DNA from: a virus
Strand: one strand, 5' to 3'
Virus record (IMG/VR): IMGVR_UViG_3300049427_000004
Span: 114,867 to 178,866 of that record
DNA: 64,000 nt
Of the stretch, positions 59,295-64,000 are shown piece after piece. The notes beneath the pieces were generated by a model. It searched no databases and was not told the origin of the DNA. It was given only the letters and a program-made list of their open reading frames with translations. How positions within the stretch are numbered: position 1 is the stretch's first letter; each line of letters begins with the position of its first letter. The position numbers were made by a program, and so were the translations under genes.

Positions 59295-60971
59295 ATGAGA
59301 AAAACATTTTTGGGTGAACTGCCGAGAAGTGATAAAGGGTATATACGATGGTCAAAAACAATCGGATATAAAGTAAAATTTGTCTATGAAGATATTGAAG
59401 GATTTATTGAGATTGTTAATTATAATAAAGATAAGAATGAGTTGGTAATCAAATATAATTCAGAAGAGTATAATATATTAAATTTTAACTTAATAGATTG
59501 CCGATTAGGTTACATACTCGGTAAAATAAATAAAGATTATTTATTCGATGTTGGTTGCATTGTAGACGATGTCACCTCTGGCGAACTAAAGATACTGACG
59601 CATATCAGACTCCCTAATGGAAAAGATAAAACCACGAAGGGCTATGAGTATGAATGTTTAATTTGCGGAAACAAAGATAAGATCAATGAACATAGTTTAA
59701 AAGATAGAAGTGGATGCAATGTTTGTTGTGTCCCAAGTAAGAAAATATTAATAGGATTTAATGATATTCATACTGTAGACTCTGAATTTGGTAAGCTATT
59801 TTGGAATCATGAGGATGGGTATAAGTTTACCTGTAATAGTAACAAAAAAGCAGATTTCAGGTGTCAAAATTGCGGGGAGAAAATTAAAAAAAAATTAATC
59901 AATAATGTTCATCGTCGAGGGCTGTCATGTTCGAAATGTTCCGATGGAATATCGTATCCAAATAAGTTAATGTACAATATGTTAAAGCAATTAGACATTG
60001 AATTTGAAACCGAATATTCTCCAGAATGGGCAGTGGTCACAGGTCGCAAAATTGAAAAAATAAATAGGAGAAGAAGATATGATTTTAGTAGCGAAGAATT
60101 AAATAGTACAATTGAAATGCATGGTAAACAACATTATATCGAAAGCTTTAAATACACTGAAAGTCGAACACTAGAAGACGAACAGGAAAACGACAGACTA
60201 AAAGAGAAATTACATAAAGAAAATTCAAATAGAGAATATATTATTATTAAAGCGGATATTTCAGAATTGGAATATATAAAACAAAACATATTAAATAGTA
60301 GATTGGCAGAATTGATTGACTTAATTGATGTAGATTGGGAGAAAGCAGATAGAGATAGTCAAAAATCATTAGTTAAAATCGCCTGTGATTTATGGAATAG
60401 TGGGCTAAGTAGTGTTGAAAAGATAGCACAAACAATAAAAATTAGTAAAAGTCCCGTCACAAAGTATCTAAAACGAGGAGCGAGCATGGGATGGTGTAAT
60501 TATAATGCAAACGAAGAATCAAGAAAAGGCAGATCGAACGCAGGAAAAAAGAATGCGAAATCAATTGTTAGGCTATCTTTAAATGGTGAATTTATAGATG
60601 AATATGAAGGCACATGTGAAGCAGGAAGGCAGATAGGTGTTAATCAGAGCAACATATCGGAAGCGTGTCGAGGAGGATATGAAGTAGCAGGAGGTTTTAT
60701 GTGGATGTTTAAAGAGGATTATGAAAAAAACAAAGACAAAATAAAACCATATGCAAGAGGAAACTATAAGCCAGTTGTACGATTAACACTTGACGGCAGA
60801 TATCTTGATGAATTTGTAAGCACAAACAGCGCTAGCAGATTTGTTAGTTTATCAGATAGTACTGGTACTGGTTCAAGCACTGGCACTATATCCGCAGTAT
60901 GCAGAGGCGTGCGTAAATCCGCTTATGGGTTCAAATGGATGTTTAAAGAAGATTATGAAAAAATACTTTAG
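59295..60971 (+). CDS. Free-standing homing-type endonuclease (Zn ribbons, Vsr/DUF559-like nuclease, two NUMOD1 domains)
   Basis: CLIC, CNVC, CQNC, CSKC; RYDF...IEMHGKQHY; ISEACRG...AGGFMW and ISAVCRG...AYGFKW. Confidence 0.8.
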   Translation: MRKTFLGELPRSDKGYIRWSKTIGYKVKFVYEDIEGFIEIVNYNKDKNELVIKYNSEEYNILNFNLIDCRLGYILGKINKDYLFDVGCIVDDVTSGELKILTHIRLPNGKDKTTKGYEYECLICGNKDKINEHSLKDRSGCNVCCVPSKKILIGFNDIHTVDSEFGKLFWNHEDGYKFTCNSNKKADFRCQNCGEKIKKKLINNVHRRGLSCSKCSDGISYPNKLMYNMLKQLDIEFETEYSPEWAVVTGRKIEKINRRRRYDFSSEELNSTIEMHGKQHYIESFKYTESRTLEDEQENDRLKEKLHKENSNREYIIIKADISELEYIKQNILNSRLAELIDLIDVDWEKADRDSQKSLVKIACDLWNSGLSSVEKIAQTIKISKSPVTKYLKRGASMGWCNYNANEESRKGRSNAGKKNAKSIVRLSLNGEFIDEYEGTCEAGRQIGVNQSNISEACRGGYEVAGGFMWMFKEDYEKNKDKIKPYARGNYKPVVRLTLDGRYLDEFVSTNSASRFVSLSDSTGTGSSTGTISAVCRGVRKSAYGFKWMFKEDYEKIL

Positions 60972-61407
60972 GATAACCTTATTTTTATAATAAAAAATCG
61001 TTGAAACCAATAAATTATATGAGCTTCTATTGTTCTAAATACATAAAATTATCAATTAGCCTCCCTCAAATAACTGTTGATATCCTAAATTGGATTGTCA
61101 AAAAGTTAACTTAGGGAGGCTATTTTTCCTCATCTATATTTAAACCACCAAAGGGAATTGATACTATTATGTCCGACAGTTAGATGATTATATACAGAAA
61201 TTCTGGTAACATCAGGTAATATTTTGTGGTTTTTGGCAACACTTTGTCATCCTAAATCGCAGGTTTTTAGTACCTCTGATATCTTTGTGTCATCCTAAAT
61301 TGCAATTATCTGATAATTTACTTGAGGGAGGCTAAATTTCATCTTTGTAGTATGTTTGTCGGTTAGGTGACATCTCTACCTTTGTACCGTCCTTAAATTG
61401 GATTGTG
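60968..61407. repeat. Cluster of ATCCTAAAT(T/C)G motifs with nested TAGCCTCCCT inverted repeats
   Basis: Motif at ~61082, ~61249, ~61292, variant ~61389, inverted copy at ~60968; TAGCCTCCCTCAA (61057-69) pairs with TTGAGGGAGGCTA (61322-34) and with AGGGAGGCTA (61113-22). Confidence 0.75.
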
Positions 61408-61730
61408 AACGTCTCTTCTTTTGGACTAACCAATATGACCTCAACTCGATTTAAAATTGATTCTAGGTCAATTTCAGGCTTCTCAATTTGTTTTGATTTG
61501 GTTTGAACAATTACTCCATTCCTCATAAGCGCAATTTCGAAGTGATTATAAATTAAACTAACAATCACAGATTCTTCTAAGATCCATCTAGTACAAGTGC
61601 GATAATTATGATAACTACTACAATAGTACTTTCGCTTACCTCGTTCATTAATTCCTCGATAATTGCCATCACAGTCAGTACATTTGATTTTTTTTGAAAA
61701 TAAATATGACATATTATCTCTCACTTTCAA
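61332..61730 (-). CDS. Stand-alone serine-recombinase zinc-ribbon (ZD) domain protein
   Basis: LFSKKIKCTDCDGNY...YYCSS...C..WILEE; C-terminal LNRVEVILV..FTIQFK like large serine recombinase ends; no catalytic or coiled-coil part. Confidence 0.8.
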   Translation of the reverse strand: MKVRDNMSYLFSKKIKCTDCDGNYRGINERGKRKYYCSSYHNYRTCTRWILEESVIVSLIYNHFEIALMRNGVIVQTKSKQIEKPEIDLESILNRVEVILVSPKEETFTIQFKDGTKVEMSPNRQTYYKDEI

Positions 61731-61735
61731 AGAAG

Positions 61736-62587
61736 CTACTCTTTCACACCAAACTCATCTTCAAGCAATAACACTCTCTCCAACCTTCTTTTTTCCACAC
61801 TATGTTTTTTAGCACATCTCATACATTTCTGTCCTTTACGTAAATCAACCAGTCTTTTACGAGTCGTGTGTCCGCAAGAACATATATATTTCAGTGGTTC
61901 ATCTACTCTGTGATATTCTCCTAGATAAACATAACCCATATTAATAAGTTCAGCACGAACTTCTTCCTCTGATAATCTCCACCTGTCATACCCACATTTT
62001 CTGCATGACTTCCCTAGTATAAAATGAGCGTACTCAGCTAAATAATCGTGATTTTTTATGCATTTCATTTTTATTTTATCACTATTATTTGTGTAGCTGT
62101 AATTTTCTTGGTTTAATGTGTAGCCTAGTTCATCCATTCTGTCGAAGAGTTTTTTTGTTTGCAATTGCTTGAACTCCTCAGAGGTTGCATTGTGTTCACC
62201 ATTTAAAACTCTTTGATTGTAACATTCACTACAATGATTGCCTTCATGGTCATTAAAATACTTCCACACGTACGTTTGCTCGTGATTATTTGGACACAAA
62301 AATATATAGCTGTTTGTGTAGCCTATCCATTCCTTACTGATTAAAGTGTAACCCTTTTCCAAGGATCTTTCATTCATCTTATTTAGCATGTAACAATCAT
62401 TACAGAATTTTATACTGTCAATTTTACCTTTCATATTTCTCCAAGAAGTTTCAATGAGGTGACCGTTTACACAACGAATAATACATTTTTCTCCGTGGAG
62501 CAATGCTTTATCAGTTAATAGTTCAAAACCTTTTCCGTTAGATTCAACTATATTCTTTTGATAACTGAGCTTGTTGTTTTTATCTAT
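61736..62587 (-). CDS. Protein of four Zn-finger/treble-clef repeats, no visible nuclease domain (probable ATA62587 start)
   Basis: C..GH...CNDC; CPNNH...CSEC; CIKNH...CRKC; CSCGH...CMRC; frame open to ATA behind a GGGGTGA RBS. Confidence 0.7.
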   Translation of the reverse strand: MDKNNKLSYQKNIVESNGKGFELLTDKALLHGEKCIIRCVNGHLIETSWRNMKGKIDSIKFCNDCYMLNKMNERSLEKGYTLISKEWIGYTNSYIFLCPNNHEQTYVWKYFNDHEGNHCSECYNQRVLNGEHNATSEEFKQLQTKKLFDRMDELGYTLNQENYSYTNNSDKIKMKCIKNHDYLAEYAHFILGKSCRKCGYDRWRLSEEEVRAELINMGYVYLGEYHRVDEPLKYICSCGHTTRKRLVDLRKGQKCMRCAKKHSVEKRRLERVLLLEDEFGVKE

Positions 62588-62654
62588 GTCTTCACCCCAT
62601 TTGTGTATACTTAATACTATATCAGATACTAAGCAATTAGGGGTATAATGCAGC

Positions 62655-62710
62655 TTAATTTAATGTTGTGTTTTATGAAAATGCATCCCTTGGGCGCTTA
62701 TTCCTGCCGC
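62655..62710. other. Probable attR junction
   Basis: AT-rich phage DNA switches to GC-rich host coding sequence at ~62685; in-frame stop at 62676 just upstream of the headless host reading frame. Confidence 0.7.
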
Positions 62711-62813
62711 GGCTATTTGCGGAGTAGATCCCTTCGAGCTCGCGCGCCGCAATTTGAAGCCAGTGCTTATTGGGCTTACGGTGACGACAATCGTCGCTAT
62801 GTTCTTGATTTAA
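62685..62813 (+). pseudogene. 3' fragment (42 codons) of a host membrane transporter gene split by the prophage; recalls B. subtilis YcgA C-terminus (unverified)
   Basis: IPWALIPAAAICGVDPFELARRNLKPVLIGLTVTTIVAMFLI*; no start codon or RBS. Confidence 0.7.
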
Positions 62814-63381
62814 ACCTTTTTTGCTTCCGATAAAAAACGTACCCGATTAAGACGGCAGCTAGCCCTCCAATCGCAAGATAAAGCTTCCACGAGGATGAAT
62901 GATCCGCCTGCTGCAAGTCAGTGCCAAGCTGCGGCGGCAATGAACCATTGCCTAGCCATGCGATATGCTCATTCGCTTTGCTATGCAGCATTGTGCCGCT
63001 GCAAAGACTAACTTCCATCGACTTTCCTGTTGCCGCAGCATAAACCAAATAACGCTCGCCCTCCTGAAATTCAAAGCCGCAGCTGTCACTGCCGCTGGCA
63101 GTTAACACTTCGAGCGTTGGCGTAACATGCCCCTTCCATACTTCGTTGACTTGAAAGCTTGCCTTCACCGCTTTCCCTGACGAGCGAAATAAGGTTAATG
63201 AGGAAGGTTTGACAGATGTGGCTGTTCCTTCAAATACGGCATCGCTTTTGTTTTTGATCTCTTCAATCGAATCTGAACGAACACAACTGCATGCTGATGT
63301 TTCCTTTGGAAAAAACAGCATACTGGAGGCAAATACAGCTGTAATCAGCCATATCATGTTCCAACGTTTTTTGCTTTTCAT
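62797..63381 (-). CDS. Host secreted TIMP/NTR-like (CSC motif) protein with C-terminal membrane anchor
   Basis: Signal peptide, ACSC, SDAVFEG, SCGFEF..GERYLVYA, LCS; C-terminal TM plus basic tail. Confidence 0.8.
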   Translation of the reverse strand: MKSKKRWNMIWLITAVFASSMLFFPKETSACSCVRSDSIEEIKNKSDAVFEGTATSVKPSSLTLFRSSGKAVKASFQVNEVWKGHVTPTLEVLTASGSDSCGFEFQEGERYLVYAAATGKSMEVSLCSGTMLHSKANEHIAWLGNGSLPPQLGTDLQQADHSSSWKLYLAIGGLAAVLIGYVFYRKQKRFKSRT

Positions 63382-63433
63382 TAATAGTCCCCTGACCTTT
63401 ATCTATAATAGGCAAAAGTAGCCTTTAAGCTTA

Positions 63434-63460
63434 GACGAGTATAACTGGGAAAATGTTGCA
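63434..63460 (-). promoter_or_regulatory. ECF sigma (SigM/W/X-like) promoter candidate
   Basis: TGCAAC - 17 nt - CGTC on the minus strand upstream of the CSC gene. Confidence 0.4.
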
Positions 63461-63529
63461 AGGTTGGGAGCATATAAAAAGGCTGTCTCTACTACAGCAT
63501 ACGCTGCGATAGAAACAGCCTTCCATTTG

Positions 63530-64000
63530 TTACCCTTTTAAGCTTTGTTTCGTCTCTTCGATGAGCTCAACTTTAGCCGGCCAGAATGCTTTCTTGCCCA
63601 GCAAGGTCGTAATCGCCGGGACAAGGAATGGACGAACGATAAACGTATCCATTAATACGCCGATTGCTGTAATTAAGCCAAACTGGACAAGCACTTGGAT
63701 CGGCAGCGTGGCAAGCACGGAGAATGTAGCAGCAAGAATAAGTCCTGCCGACGTAATAACGCCTCCCGTTTCACTTACCCCTTCCTTGATCGCTTGCTTC
63801 AAAGGCATGATTTTGCGCTTCTGCCATATGCTCGAGATCATAAAGATATTATAATCCTCGCCGAGCGCGATTAGGAATACAAACGCATAGAGCGGAATGG
63901 CGCCTTGAATGGCGTCGACGCCCATGAAGTAATGCAGGATGATCCATCCTAAACCAAGCGCAGCCGCAAAGGATAGCAGCACAGTACCGATTAAGTAAAG
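63530..64000 (-). CDS. Host MMPL/RND family transporter, C-terminal part (truncated by window)
   Basis: LIALGEDYNIF, TGGVITSAGLILAATF, GVLMDTFIVRPFLVPA motifs. Confidence 0.92.
   Translation of the reverse strand, partial: LYLIGTVLLSFAAALGLGWIILHYFMGVDAIQGAIPLYAFVFLIALGEDYNIFMISSIWQKRKIMPLKQAIKEGVSETGGVITSAGLILAATFSVLATLPIQVLVQFGLITAIGVLMDTFIVRPFLVPAITTLLGKKAFWPAKVELIEETKQSLKG

Larger units (their letters stand above)
1..62690. mobile_element. SPbeta-like large temperate prophage (right part; left end outside window)
   Basis: Gene order YonO-like RNAP, HU, phosphoesterase, TerL, portal, capsid, tail tube, Tyr recombinase, tape measure, lysis follows the SPbeta late region; abrupt AT-rich to GC-rich switch at ~62685 into a headless host gene fragment. 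Confidence 0.93.

Noticed and set aside
61057-61407. Repeats considered as a CRISPR array
   Set aside because: Irregular spacing, mixed orientation, degenerate units, no cas genes.
62648-62833. 61-aa + strand ORF spanning the junction
   Set aside because: Chimeric across attR and out of frame with the host gene fragment.

Overview
Positions 1 to ~62690 are the right-hand part of a large, AT-rich, SPbeta-like temperate siphophage prophage. It is integrated in a higher-GC Bacillales chromosome; Paenibacillus-like is an inference from the endolysin cell-wall domain and the flanking DNA. Left to right: (i) a wHTH + tubulin/FtsZ-family (TubR/TubZ-like) pair, followed by small membrane proteins and a VirD4/TrwB-like ATPase; (ii) a YonO-like single-subunit RNA polymerase locus, HU, PhoH, a metallophosphoesterase and ClpP; (iii) a structured non-coding region, then terminase, portal, head and tail genes; (iv) an extra virion-appendage cassette with a 1.6k-aa beta-helix/FN3/LamG protein; (v) an accessory island with an acyltransferase, a GNAT toxin-antitoxin-like pair, two HTH/acidic-orphan modules, an endonuclease and a lipoprotein; (vi) a tape measure gene split by a 258-nt group I intron, then tail tip and lysis genes; (vii) a repeat cluster beside a stand-alone serine-recombinase zinc-ribbon domain; (viii) attR inside a split host membrane-protein gene, followed by host genes. 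The best candidate for an undescribed system is the tubulin plus pilin-like membrane protein plus coupling-protein-like ATPase module. All family calls come from motif recognition by eye, not database searches.
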